NCBI GenBank assembly: GCA_964632485.1
Contig: CAZWDO010000002.1
Coordinates: forward strand, 62,001 to 126,000
Source: an uncultured bacterium
GTDB taxonomy: Bacteria > JAGOEH01
DNA: 64,000 bases
Direction of reading: 5' to 3'
The notes beneath the pieces were generated by a model, which saw nothing but the letters and a program-made list of their open reading frames with translations, was not told the origin of the DNA and did not search any database. Position numbers and translations under genes: made by a program. Shown in pieces: positions 27,991 to 38,579 of this stretch; position 1 is the stretch's first letter; each line of letters starts with the position of its first letter.

Positions 27991-30390
27991 ATGGACTTTG
28001 AACGTATAATGAAAGCCGATCTGCATGTCCACTCTAAATATTCAGAACACCCCAGCGAATGGCTTCTTAAAGCTATTGGCACTCGTGAATCCTATACGGA
28101 ACCGCTATATATTTATCAAATATGCAAAAAGCTGGGAATGGATCTGGTAACCATTACTGATCATAATGCCATTGATGGAGTTCTACTTCTGAAAGACCGT
28201 TATCCTGCCGATGTGATAACCGGGGTGGAAGCTACCAGTTATTTCCCTGAAGATCGTTGCAAAATCCATGTGCTTATTTATGGTTTTACTCCGGAACAGT
28301 TTGGAGAAATCAATATTCTGCGCAATGATATATACCAATTACGCGATTACCTGATCCGTGAAAATCTGGCCTATTCAATCGCTCACGCCACCTTTTCTGT
28401 AAATGATCGTTTGCTCTTCAAACATCTGGAACAATTAATACTTCTATTCAATACGTTCGAAACGATTAACGGCGGTAGAAATCAGAGCCATAACACTACC
28501 TGGCTTAAAGTATTAAAAAATCTGACACCCGATATTATGGCTGATTTATATGAAAAATATCGAATTGAACCCCACGGTGAAACTCCCTGGATAAAAGGGT
28601 TTACCGGAGGTTCGGACGATCATGCCGGTTTGTTTATGGCTCAAACGGGAACTTCAATATCCGCTCAAAACCCGGAAGATTTTTTACAAGGGCTGAGGGA
28701 TAGAAAAAGTGAAGCCTTTGGGCGACATAATGAATTTTATTCCCTGGCTTTTATTATATACAAAGTTGGCTATGATCATATGAAAAATAAAGGAATCCAG
28801 TTTTCGGATACCCTGGTAAATCAACTGAATGATCTTCTGTTTCAAAATCATGCTTTTTCGATAAAACAACATTATATGGTTTACCAGTTGAAAAAGAATT
28901 ATCGTAAACGCAATGACCGGATTCAGGGTTTGTTAGCCAATCTGATTCAGAAAAATTTGAAAAACAGTGAACTTAATTTGGATCAAAAATTGGAAAATAT
29001 TTATCAGGATATTGCTGATATCGCAGACTATATTTTTTCTGCGTCAATAGAATCAATACGAAAAGATTTTAGAAAGCTCGATTTGATTAATATTTTTCGA
29101 CAGTTCTCTTCCATGCTGCCGGGAGTTCTGCTTACTTTTCCCTTTTTGTCCACTGTCAAGCACTTTTTTCAGGATAAAAATTTACTGCATCAATTGGAAA
29201 CGACTTTCCTGCACACAAAACAGCAGAAATACAAGAAAATATTCTGGTTTACCGATACAATCAACGATTTGAACGGAGTTTCCGTTACACTGAAAAAAAT
29301 CGGTTGGTTGTCTTACAGCAAGAATTATCCGCTGACTTTGGTTTCTGCGATGAAGGATGATGAAATAAAGGATGATTTGCCTCCCAATTTGCTATCATTG
29401 CCAATTATCGCAGAAATCTCTCCCGATTTTTACAATTCCTATTTAATCAAATTTCCTTCTATTTTGAAATCATTGAAATTGATTTATGATGCCAATCCCG
29501 ATGAAATTATTATTTCCACTCCGGGTCCCATTGGTTTACTGGGGTTACTGGTAGGTAAACTTATGAAGATACCGATTAAAACTATCTTCCATTCCGATTT
29601 CACCAAAGAATTTGAAAAGATTTTAGGAGAAGGCGGTGAATTGGCAATTGTTGATGCCTTTATTCATTGGTTCTATCATCAAAGCGATCATATTATGGTA
29701 CCCACTGAGGAATATATTCGGATTTTAACTGAACGAAAATATGATACGGCTAAAATGAGCCGTTTCTTCCGCGGTATTGATGTGTCTGAATTTAATCAGA
29801 AACTGACGGGGAAGAATATCATTAATGATTTTATTAAACAGGATAATGGGTTTGTAATGCTTTATACTGGAAGAATTTCAATGGATAAAGAACTTGATTT
29901 TATAGTAAAAGTATTCAATAGTCTAACTCAAAAAATAGATAATCTGTATCTGGTTATCTGTGGAGAGGGTCCCTATCTGGAAGAACTTAAATTGAGTACC
30001 CAATCGATTTCGTCTATTTTTTACAGTGGACGGCTTGATCAGCGGATTCTGCCCTATTTTTATTCCGGAGCAGATCTTCTGGTATTTCCAAGCACGACTG
30101 ATACGTTTGGTATGTCTGTTCTGGAAGCGCAGGCCTGCGGATTGCCGGCAATTGTCAGTAATGTCGGCGGACCGAAAGATATTATCATCGAAAAAGAAAC
30201 TGGTTGGATTGCTCCCGCTGATCAATTATCGGATTGGGTGAACCAAATTCGGGAAATTATCGATTTGAATAATAATAACCCGAAGGAATATAATAAAATT
30301 CGTGAACAAGCGATACTCAATGTTCAGAATAATTATGATTGGAACAATATTTTAGCTGATTTTTTCAAGGAAGACGCCGCCAAGAGCTAA
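27991..30390 (+). CDS. PHP-domain / glycosyltransferase family 4 fusion protein
   Basis: PHP motifs DLHVHSKYS, ITDHN, GVE, HVL, AH and GGSDDHAG; GT4 motifs NGVSVT, TPGPIG, YTGRISMDK and FPSTTDTFGMSVLEAQACGLP. Confidence 0.9.
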   Translation: MDFERIMKADLHVHSKYSEHPSEWLLKAIGTRESYTEPLYIYQICKKLGMDLVTITDHNAIDGVLLLKDRYPADVITGVEATSYFPEDRCKIHVLIYGFTPEQFGEINILRNDIYQLRDYLIRENLAYSIAHATFSVNDRLLFKHLEQLILLFNTFETINGGRNQSHNTTWLKVLKNLTPDIMADLYEKYRIEPHGETPWIKGFTGGSDDHAGLFMAQTGTSISAQNPEDFLQGLRDRKSEAFGRHNEFYSLAFIIYKVGYDHMKNKGIQFSDTLVNQLNDLLFQNHAFSIKQHYMVYQLKKNYRKRNDRIQGLLANLIQKNLKNSELNLDQKLENIYQDIADIADYIFSASIESIRKDFRKLDLINIFRQFSSMLPGVLLTFPFLSTVKHFFQDKNLLHQLETTFLHTKQQKYKKIFWFTDTINDLNGVSVTLKKIGWLSYSKNYPLTLVSAMKDDEIKDDLPPNLLSLPIIAEISPDFYNSYLIKFPSILKSLKLIYDANPDEIIISTPGPIGLLGLLVGKLMKIPIKTIFHSDFTKEFEKILGEGGELAIVDAFIHWFYHQSDHIMVPTEEYIRILTERKYDTAKMSRFFRGIDVSEFNQKLTGKNIINDFIKQDNGFVMLYTGRISMDKELDFIVKVFNSLTQKIDNLYLVICGEGPYLEELKLSTQSISSIFYSGRLDQRILPYFYSGADLLVFPSTTDTFGMSVLEAQACGLPAIVSNVGGPKDIIIEKETGWIAPADQLSDWVNQIREIIDLNNNNPKEYNKIREQAILNVQNNYDWNNILADFFKEDAAKS

Positions 30391-30757
30391 GACAATTCCC
30401 CATTTTGGGGGCAAAAAAATCAATATGACGAAGTAAATGGATATGATTATATTAATGTTAAAGGTTGTATAAACGTAAGTCTCGATGTCAGATGAATATC
30501 ATAGCTTTCTCTATATTTTTATATAGTGTTGCTTCCGATATATCACTGCCTGAATCCTGTATAGGTTACACCGAATCATATTCCCAATTTCAATATATTG
30601 TTGGATTGACTTTCACTATGGGTTTTGCTAGTGTTTGGTTTTACTTGGCAATCACACTCAGAGCGGCGTTGGAATGTATCCACCATGATGCGTTAGCGGT
30701 TGTTTTCTAAAAGAGCAATTAATAGAGGGGTCTTCCAGTAGGGTGAGATGCCTATTC

Positions 30758-30962
30758 CCTTCGCTTCCTTTGGGGGAGAACTTCAACCATTCAACCCTCG
30801 TCCCCCTTTTGGTGGAGAAGGTTTCCCATTATTTCCTCGCCTCCTTTGGGGGAGAGGGCAGGGTGAAGGGGGTATTCCTGCAGAGTGGGGGGAGAGTGGA
30901 TTCCGGGCGCAAGCTTGCAGGACCGGCTCCGGATCGCGCGGCCAGTCAAACCCGGAATGACA
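30758..30962. repeat. Degenerate REP-like palindromic repeats
   Basis: Three related units CCTCG..CCTTTGGGGGAGA at about 30758, 30795 and 30835, the last followed by GGGCAGGGTGAAGGGG. Inverted repeat ATTCCGGG (30900) / CCCGGAAT (30951) ends in GGAATGACA. Confidence 0.55.
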
Positions 30963-31142
30963 AACAAGCTCAGACGTTAATCGCCACGACTGTGACTTCA
31001 TAGCCGAATGGATTGCTGTTTTCTGGATATGTCAGTTCCGCCTGCCCTTTCACCAGCGGGGCGTGAGTTCGGCCGCTGTCGAGGGAAATTTGACTGAATT
31101 TGTTATCTATACAATTGTAGAATATCCGGAGAGGATGAGCAT

Positions 31143-32846
31143 TCATCTTATAAGCGTCAATTTGCGGATAATCGGCCCCTTTGTGGTTTGCATTTTACAG
31201 AAATAGACACCGCTTGCCAAGTAATACAGTGGAATGGGAATCTGATGGATACCTTGTTGATACCAACCTTGAAATGAGATATTCATTTGACGGCCAGTCA
31301 TATCGTAGAAATCACCGCGGATTTGTCCGGCCTCTTTTAATCCTAAAGTGATATTAACCGAATAAGTTGCTGGATTGGGATGGATTTCGAGAAAAATGGG
31401 TTCCGGTTGGATTGCCGGCATAGTTTCCAAATTTGTACTCACTGGAAGTGGATATAATATGATAAATAGCGCTGACCATGGGATTAACTGGAGAGAAACG
31501 AGGCTGTCAGCGGCGTCAATCGTTGAGGAATCAATGATGGAAAGTTTCCCCTTGTCACTGATTTCTTTAACGATTAGTCTCTGAGAGCCGAGCGCAGACC
31601 TGCCACGGATTGTGAGTAAAGCGGAATTTAATGCGTCGCCATAATTGGAAATCAGCGCATAGAGAGTATCCCCCTGGAGTGTTTTAGATGCCGTGATGGT
31701 ATTGCCCAGTGTATCAGAACCATCGGCCAGCATCCGTTGAGTGTTTAAAGTCATCGTTTTCCAAGCTTTTAATATATAAGCGGCGGTTTTCAACTGACGG
31801 GCGCTATCATCAACTAATCCGAGAGGATGGTTGTCGGCGCGATATTGATAGCTTTCAGCAATGTTTAGTGCGGTGAAATAATTCAGGGTTGCCGCATAAA
31901 ACGCCGCGCCCTGGCCACGATTAGCGAAGTTGCGTACGTTCAATTCAGCATTCCATTCGGTCACCCATTGTTCGGTGTCTGAATAACCGAAACGGTTTAA
32001 CACGTCTTGATACTCGTGATACTTTTTAATGAACAGATATGGAGTAGCTTCCGGTGTATCGAACGAACTGCCATAGGAATGCCAGGAAAAAAAATCGATG
32101 GGTGTCTGCTGATTGCGGCAGTAGGAGAGGAGGGAATCGATGAAATCAGCGTTACTGTTTCCTTCTTGGCCGGGTCCGCCTATTATTAAGCTGGGATCCA
32201 GGGATTTGAGATTTTTGGCGACGATATTGAACATTTGGCGAAACTGCTGGTAGGTGCCCTGCCAGAATTGTTCTTCAAAAGAAGGTTCATTCCAAATTTC
32301 CCAACGCTTTATATTCCAGAATCGGCCATTGGCCCATCCCTGGTTGTAATGTATGACGATATGTCGGCAAATCCGGGCGAATTTGATAAAATCCAGTGAA
32401 TCTGCGTCTTTTATGATGTTCCCATTGTTGTCGCGGATGGTGCCGGGCGGATCCGCATTGAATGAACCGGGTTCACCCCAACTGACCCCCAGCCGGAAGA
32501 GAATTTCAAATCCATTTTCAATGAGCGGTTCGAGAAGGCTGTCGGTCGTGGCGAAGCAATAGCTGCTTTCCAGTTCGGTATCGGCGTTCCAGTCGGGAAA
32601 TATCGTGTTCCAGTCAGAGGGTCCGTACCAGTCCTGTGTGCGGATGATCGAAATACCCAGTTCATGGTAATAGGGCAGGGCGGATGTTGTATCGTTCATC
32701 AGAAATGGCCCTCCATGCGATCCGATTTTATGGTTGAATTCACCTATGACGCTGTCGGCGTCGATAGTGAAGGAGCGGTCAAGGGGAAAATCCGTTGAAT
32801 GAAAGCCAATGAGCAGAATCAGACAAAAATAAACATAATATTTCAT
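31143..32846 (-). CDS. Glycoside hydrolase family 39-like (clan GH-A) with Por/T9SS C-terminal domain
   Basis: WEIWNEP acid/base, DFFSWHSY, VTEWN nucleophile; C-terminal HPNP...LASGVYFC. Confidence 0.82.
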   Translation of the reverse strand: MKYYVYFCLILLIGFHSTDFPLDRSFTIDADSVIGEFNHKIGSHGGPFLMNDTTSALPYYHELGISIIRTQDWYGPSDWNTIFPDWNADTELESSYCFATTDSLLEPLIENGFEILFRLGVSWGEPGSFNADPPGTIRDNNGNIIKDADSLDFIKFARICRHIVIHYNQGWANGRFWNIKRWEIWNEPSFEEQFWQGTYQQFRQMFNIVAKNLKSLDPSLIIGGPGQEGNSNADFIDSLLSYCRNQQTPIDFFSWHSYGSSFDTPEATPYLFIKKYHEYQDVLNRFGYSDTEQWVTEWNAELNVRNFANRGQGAAFYAATLNYFTALNIAESYQYRADNHPLGLVDDSARQLKTAAYILKAWKTMTLNTQRMLADGSDTLGNTITASKTLQGDTLYALISNYGDALNSALLTIRGRSALGSQRLIVKEISDKGKLSIIDSSTIDAADSLVSLQLIPWSALFIILYPLPVSTNLETMPAIQPEPIFLEIHPNPATYSVNITLGLKEAGQIRGDFYDMTGRQMNISFQGWYQQGIHQIPIPLYYLASGVYFCKMQTTKGPIIRKLTLIR

Positions 32847-33142
32847 GAATACCTCACTTGGAATTGATTGTCAATAATCAGACTCTCACAATAAATCGGT
32901 ACCATTACTCCATTGCAATCTGTTGATATTGAGCATATCTGCCAGTCCTGTATGGCAAAACCATCGCATTTATAGCCGACATATATTAATATATAGAGGG
33001 ATAGTAATGATGTCAATAATAAAAAATTTTTGCTTAAAATTAACAAAGTTTCCGGTATCCCATGAAAGATATTGTTAATGCACACTAAATTAAATTGCTG
33101 GAAAATGTTAGTTTTTCTCAGCGATCTCAGAGCCGAGAGTGG

Positions 33143-34444
33143 TTAATTATTGTAAGAGCTGTTATAGCGTCCTGAAAGCAGTTTAAGGGTGTTTTCAGAG
33201 TTCCGCAATTGGAAACGGATTTCGATAAGTCTGTCAGCGGCTTGCGTATAGTAGTTTTGGGATTCCATCCATTCCAGAAGAGAAGCCGCGCCCAATTCGT
33301 AGCGTTGCCGCGCCAGTTTCAGCGCCGTGGCTGCGATTTCTAGATTTTCCTCTTCGTTTGAAACCAGTTCCCGATATAGCGAATAATCCTCCAGCGATTG
33401 ACGCCATAATGATTTGACTTCCCGTTCCTCTTTTATGTATTCAAGTTCGGCGATTTCGCGTTCTGAACGAGTATTGCGGTACTCGATGCAATCTTTGAAC
33501 CCATTGAATAAATTGAACTGGATGGAGGTATTCACTTGATAGGACTGGCTGCTTTTTTCTTCAAAACTACCCAGTCGGCGGTATGTATTCAGACGGCCAT
33601 ATAGGGCCGAAAGGACGATTTTGGGAAACCATTGGGCTGCTGAATATCGTATCTGGTACTGCGCTATTTGTTGTTTTAGAGCTGCGGATTGCAATGCCGG
33701 ATAGTTTTCCCATTCCCGGGATTCTATGTTCCATGCCGTTGTCTGCGTATCAGATACCGGGAATGGATCGATGACAGAGATCATGGAATCCACTGCAATG
33801 CCGATTAATAGATTGATTTTTCGGTAAGCGTCGCGTAATGACAATTCCTGTTGTTTCCGTTGGCTTTCCCGGCTATTATATTCAACGCGGGATTTGAGCA
33901 AATCCACTTGAGAAGCGGCGCCGGTTTTTAAATTGATCGTGACGGTTTCCAGGCGAAATTTGGATAATTGCGATACTTCCCGATAGAGTATTAATTGGGA
34001 TTGTTGACGGGCAAGTTCATTAAATGCGCTATGAAGATTGAATAAAAACGATGCCCATTGGCCATGCTCCTCAACGAGCATTAAATCTTTGCGGATTTTT
34101 AGAATCCTGTACTGAATAAACATCGCGCTACCATCGAAGAGCGTCCAATTCAGTTCGGCCCCATAATTAATGGATGTGCCGCTTGAACTGGCTGATTTGA
34201 AAAGATTGTCACGGATTTCTGCATGAGAAGCGTTCAAGTTTAATGCAGGGAGAAAACCGGCCGGGCCAGGATGAAAAGCGCGCTCTGCCTGGATCCGCCT
34301 TAAACGGGTGGCTTTCAAATCCAGATTATGTTCCAAACCAATTCTCACAGCCTGTTCGAAAGTCAGAGAATCCTGTCCCCAAGCGAGGCAAACCATCAAT
34401 ATCAGAATTATGGCGATTAATACCAGTCTCATTCGGAGTTTCAT
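33143..34444 (-). CDS. TolC-family outer-membrane efflux protein
   Basis: LTFEQAVRIGLEHNLDL, WTLFDG and RYELGAAS motifs; in an operon with the RND pump. Confidence 0.9.
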   Translation of the reverse strand: MKLRMRLVLIAIILILMVCLAWGQDSLTFEQAVRIGLEHNLDLKATRLRRIQAERAFHPGPAGFLPALNLNASHAEIRDNLFKSASSSGTSINYGAELNWTLFDGSAMFIQYRILKIRKDLMLVEEHGQWASFLFNLHSAFNELARQQSQLILYREVSQLSKFRLETVTINLKTGAASQVDLLKSRVEYNSRESQRKQQELSLRDAYRKINLLIGIAVDSMISVIDPFPVSDTQTTAWNIESREWENYPALQSAALKQQIAQYQIRYSAAQWFPKIVLSALYGRLNTYRRLGSFEEKSSQSYQVNTSIQFNLFNGFKDCIEYRNTRSEREIAELEYIKEEREVKSLWRQSLEDYSLYRELVSNEEENLEIAATALKLARQRYELGAASLLEWMESQNYYTQAADRLIEIRFQLRNSENTLKLLSGRYNSSYNN

Positions 34445-37400
34445 TGGACTTGGTCCCGGTTGAAGCGCAAGTAAAGAAAGGGGATCAGATACAGGCTTAA
34501 AAACGTTGAGAACAGCATGCCGCCGATGATAGCGATTCCCATGGGCGCGCGGCTGGCGGAACCGGAACCTAAGCTGATCGCAATGGGTAGCGCTCCCAGT
34601 ATGGTGGATATGCTGGTCATCAGGATCGGGCGAAACCGTTTCGCCGTGGCATCAATGATGGCTTCGCGCAGGCTGATGCCGGCCTGGCGACGTTGGTTGG
34701 CGAATTCGACAATCAGTATTCCGTTTTTAGTGGCAAGTCCAATTAGCATGATTTGTCCGATCTGGCTGAAAACATTAAGGGTCTGATTAAAGAAAAACAA
34801 AAACAGCAGCGAGCCGGCCAGCGCCAACGGCACTGTTCCCATGATGATCAGAGGATCGACAAAACTTTCAAATTGCGCGGCCAATACTAAATAGATCAGC
34901 GCTAAAGAGAGGATCAGTACAAAGTTTAAACTGCCGGAGCTTTCCCGGTAATCCTTGGAGAGACCGGTCAATGTCGTTGTGTAAGAAGAGTCCAGAGTTT
35001 CGGTAGCAATCCGTTCCATTTCCCGAATGCCGTCATCAATCGTAAATCCTTCGGACAGATTAGCCGAAAAGGTGGCGGAAGCCCATCGGTCATAGCGATA
35101 AAATTGGGGAGAGCGAATGCTTTCTGTGAAATGAACCAGGTTGTCCAGCCGGATTAGCTGTCCATTTTTACCCCGAACGAGGATTCCCAGCAGGTCGCCG
35201 GGATCGTTTCGCCTGGGGTATTGAGCTTCACCGATGATATCATATTGTTTTTCATTTTTAATGAAAAAGCCGTAACGCAACCCAGAGTACAGAAGTTGCA
35301 GGGTTTGCGAGATATCCCGGGCGCTAACTCCCAATGTCGCAGCCATGTCGCGGTCGATGCGTATAACCGCTTCCGGTTTATTGAACTTGAGGTTAACATC
35401 CACAGCGGAAAACGCTGAACTGCTTTTTGCCAGATTGAAGAACTCGGGTACGCTTTGGGCGAGGTGCTTTTGGGAAGGCGCTTTGACCACGAATTGTACC
35501 GGCAGGCTGGAACCCCGCTGAACTCCTGAAAAAGTGGCTTCCTGGCTGGGTATCACCCGGATATTGTTAAATTGCCGTAATTCACGGCTCAGCGTCAGAA
35601 ATATCTCTTTTTGGGAACGGTTTCTCCTGTCAGGCTGTAGTAGCATTAAGCGCATATTACCCTGGTTCACGGATGGCGCGCCACCATGACCGGGAGCCGT
35701 ATTGCTTAACAACACTTCCCGTTCCGGGACCCGTTCCATGACATAAGCCACCAGATTGCTGATTTGTTGATCCATGGCAGTGAATGTCGTTCCTTCAGGG
35801 GCGATCGCTGAAAAGCGGAGTGTACTGCGATCATCAAGCGGAGCCAGTTCCGAGGGCAGCAACCGCCAAAAGATGATTACCAGTAAACTGATCAGGGCTA
35901 AAATCGTCCAGTTCCATTTGCTGCGGTCGATCGACATTTCAAGGGACTGTCGGTAATAACCGGTCAACCGTTTGATGAATGGCGTTCGTCCGGTATTTGC
36001 CGTCTCTCCATTTCGATCGCCGTCTGAAATGGCGTTATTGGCTGGAGGATGAAGGATGCGCGAACAGAGCATAGGGGCCAGGGTCAGCGCAACAAATGAT
36101 GAAATGATGACGGACCCTGCCAGTACTATGCTGAATTCGCGGAATAACCGGCCGGTGATTCCTTCCATAAAAACAATTGGGAAAAATATCGCTACCAGAG
36201 TGACTGTGGTGGATATGACCGCAAAAAAAACTTCGCTGGCGCCCGCAGTGGCGGCTTCTATCGATGAAAAACCAGCTTCGGTTTTTTGATAAATATTTTC
36301 CATTACCACGATAGCATCGTCGACGACCAGGCCGATAGCCAGAACCAGGCTTAGGAGAGTCAGTATATTAATTGAAAAATCAAATAGGTACATAATAAAA
36401 AATGCGCCGATCAACGATATAGGGATCACTACAATGGGGATGAGACTGGTTCGCCAATTTTTCAGGAAGAAGAATATAATCAGGATGACGAGAATGAAGG
36501 CAATTAAAATGGTTTCCCGGACTTCCCGGATCGATTGTCGAACGAAACGGGTAAGATCGAAACCGATTTTAATCTCGACGCCGGGTGGGATTTCTTTCTT
36601 TAAAATTTCGAGACGGCGGTTCAATTCATCGACAATGGCAATGGTGTTGGCTCCCGGCAGGGGCACCAGAGCGACTCCTACCATTGGAATCCCATCGCTG
36701 CGAAACAGGGTCCGTTCGTTTTCAGGCGCCAGTTCCGCATATCCGATATCTTCCAGCCGGATTAACTGATTAGCAGTTTCACGGAGAATCAGCCGGTTAA
36801 ATTCTTGGGCCGTAGCGAGGCGGCTTAAAGTTCGAATGGTCAGCTCGGTGTTTTCTCCCTCTAACCGGCCGGATGGCAATTCGAGATTTTCCTGCTCCAA
36901 TGCCAGTCGGATATCCATCGGCGTCAATCCCAGTATGGCCATTTTTTGGGGATCAATGCGCAACCGCATGGCATACCGTTTTTCCCCCCATATTTGGACT
37001 TCGCTGACTCCAGGAATGGTTTGTAGCCGGTCTTTGATCATGCGGGACGCCAGATCGGATAAATCCAGCAGTGAAAGCTGCGCGCTTCTGACATTGACTA
37101 AAACAATCGCAGATGTATTGGCATCGGCTTTGACAATAATCGGCACATTGGCATCGGGAGGAAGATTGCGCATCGCCCGGGAAACCCGGTCCCGCACGTC
37201 GTTGGCTGCGGCTTCCAGGTTTTTTCCCAGTTTAAATTCAACGGTGATTGAACTGCGGCCTTCGGCGCTGATCGAGGTCAAAGATCGGATTCCGTCAATT
37301 CCGTTGATTGATTCCTCGAGCGGTTCCGTTATCTGCGTCTGGATCACTTCTGCATTTGCGCCGATATAGGTGGTTGTTACTGTGATCGTCGGCAAGTCAA

Positions 37401-37521
37401 TATCCGGATATTCCCGGATACTCAAGCGAGTCAGGCCGATAATGCCAAAAAGAATGATTATCAGCGATAAAACTGTGGCTAATACCGGCCGGTGGATACT
37501 TAACGACGATAGAGAGCTCAT
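34441..37521 (-). CDS. RND efflux permease (AcrB/MdtB-like)
   Basis: IREYPDID.P, GLVVDDAIVVMENI, GLATKNGILIVEFAN and RFRPILMT motifs. Confidence 0.96.
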   Translation of the reverse strand: MSSLSSLSIHRPVLATVLSLIIILFGIIGLTRLSIREYPDIDLPTITVTTTYIGANAEVIQTQITEPLEESINGIDGIRSLTSISAEGRSSITVEFKLGKNLEAAANDVRDRVSRAMRNLPPDANVPIIVKADANTSAIVLVNVRSAQLSLLDLSDLASRMIKDRLQTIPGVSEVQIWGEKRYAMRLRIDPQKMAILGLTPMDIRLALEQENLELPSGRLEGENTELTIRTLSRLATAQEFNRLILRETANQLIRLEDIGYAELAPENERTLFRSDGIPMVGVALVPLPGANTIAIVDELNRRLEILKKEIPPGVEIKIGFDLTRFVRQSIREVRETILIAFILVILIIFFFLKNWRTSLIPIVVIPISLIGAFFIMYLFDFSINILTLLSLVLAIGLVVDDAIVVMENIYQKTEAGFSSIEAATAGASEVFFAVISTTVTLVAIFFPIVFMEGITGRLFREFSIVLAGSVIISSFVALTLAPMLCSRILHPPANNAISDGDRNGETANTGRTPFIKRLTGYYRQSLEMSIDRSKWNWTILALISLLVIIFWRLLPSELAPLDDRSTLRFSAIAPEGTTFTAMDQQISNLVAYVMERVPEREVLLSNTAPGHGGAPSVNQGNMRLMLLQPDRRNRSQKEIFLTLSRELRQFNNIRVIPSQEATFSGVQRGSSLPVQFVVKAPSQKHLAQSVPEFFNLAKSSSAFSAVDVNLKFNKPEAVIRIDRDMAATLGVSARDISQTLQLLYSGLRYGFFIKNEKQYDIIGEAQYPRRNDPGDLLGILVRGKNGQLIRLDNLVHFTESIRSPQFYRYDRWASATFSANLSEGFTIDDGIREMERIATETLDSSYTTTLTGLSKDYRESSGSLNFVLILSLALIYLVLAAQFESFVDPLIIMGTVPLALAGSLLFLFFFNQTLNVFSQIGQIMLIGLATKNGILIVEFANQRRQAGISLREAIIDATAKRFRPILMTSISTILGALPIAISLGSGSASRAPMGIAIIGGMLFSTFLSLYLIPFLYLRFNRDQVQ

Positions 37522-38579
37522 GGAGTTGATTCCCCGGATGAAGCAGAGGAGCTGCGAAGCTGGACGCGTGAGCCTGGTTTTATCATCATCAATGCGCTGG
37601 TGATCAGTGAATCCCCGTCATTGAGTCCGCTAAGAATCTGCACTTGGACACTGTCCCGCCAGCCAGTGGATATCGGGCGATAGGCGGCTGTTCCCGTAGA
37701 GCAGATATAGACTCCAAAGCTATTGACTGTTGAAACAATCGTTTCGGAAGGGATTAATATCGCATGGGGAATTGTGTCTAGCTGGATTCTTGCTTCAACC
37801 ATCATTCCGGGAAGCAATCCCCGCGGGGGATTTTCCAATACGGCATGTAGCATGCGTGAACGGGTTGTTTCATCTAAAACATTTGAAAGCGCATAAATTC
37901 GTGCTGTCCATAATCGGTCAGAAAACGGCATATCCAATCGGTTGCCGGTTTTAATCCGGCTGGCAAATTGTTCCGGAACTGCAAAGCTGAGTTTGATGCG
38001 GCTGATATCCACCAGTTCTGTTATTTCCATTCCGGCCTGGACAAAGGCTCCCACGCTCAATTGCCGCAATCCGACTCTGCCGGCGAACGGCGCCCGGATT
38101 TCGGTTTTACGGATTTGAGCATCCAGGTTTGATAGATCAGTATTGACTATGCCAAGCTCGTATACTGTTTGATCCATTGATTCCCGACTGATAGAACCTT
38201 GGTCCAGCATGGGCTGCTGACGGGCGATGCGGGATTCCAGCCAGGATTTGTCCAACAGGAGCTTTTCTCGTTTCGCGGTCAATTCCCGCTTATCCAATTG
38301 AACCAGTAATTGCCGGCATTCGACCGATTGGCCCTCCTGGAACAAAATTTCCTCAATGCGGCCAGCAGTTTCAAAACGTAGCGCCACTCCTTCGTTCGGC
38401 AGCACATTGCCCAATAGACTCAACTCCTCGATCCAGGGATGGCTTTCGATAACCCGTATATCCACTGTTAACACGCTATTCGCGTTTTGTGTCTTTACTT
38501 CGCTCCGGCCGCAGGAGAAAAATCCGGCCAGAAAGATAATTCCCCAAGTTTCCCATTTCCTAAGTTTCGAATTTTCCAT
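37518..38579 (-). CDS. RND periplasmic adaptor (membrane fusion protein)
   Basis: Lipobox-like FFSC; IRAPFAGRVG, VPE and LLPGM motifs. Start placed at ATG 38579 (MENSK). Confidence 0.9.
   Translation of the reverse strand: MENSKLRKWETWGIIFLAGFFSCGRSEVKTQNANSVLTVDIRVIESHPWIEELSLLGNVLPNEGVALRFETAGRIEEILFQEGQSVECRQLLVQLDKRELTAKREKLLLDKSWLESRIARQQPMLDQGSISRESMDQTVYELGIVNTDLSNLDAQIRKTEIRAPFAGRVGLRQLSVGAFVQAGMEITELVDISRIKLSFAVPEQFASRIKTGNRLDMPFSDRLWTARIYALSNVLDETTRSRMLHAVLENPPRGLLPGMMVEARIQLDTIPHAILIPSETIVSTVNSFGVYICSTGTAAYRPISTGWRDSVQVQILSGLNDGDSLITSALMMIKPGSRVQLRSSSASSGESTP

Noticed and set aside
30758-30871. CRISPR array
   Set aside because: Only three degenerate units, spacers too short, and no cas genes in the window.
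30465-31003. Short ORFs of 70-86 aa in the junction region
   Set aside because: Mostly translations of palindromic repeats with no SD or recognisable motif. A decayed gene at 30.4-30.7 kb cannot be excluded.
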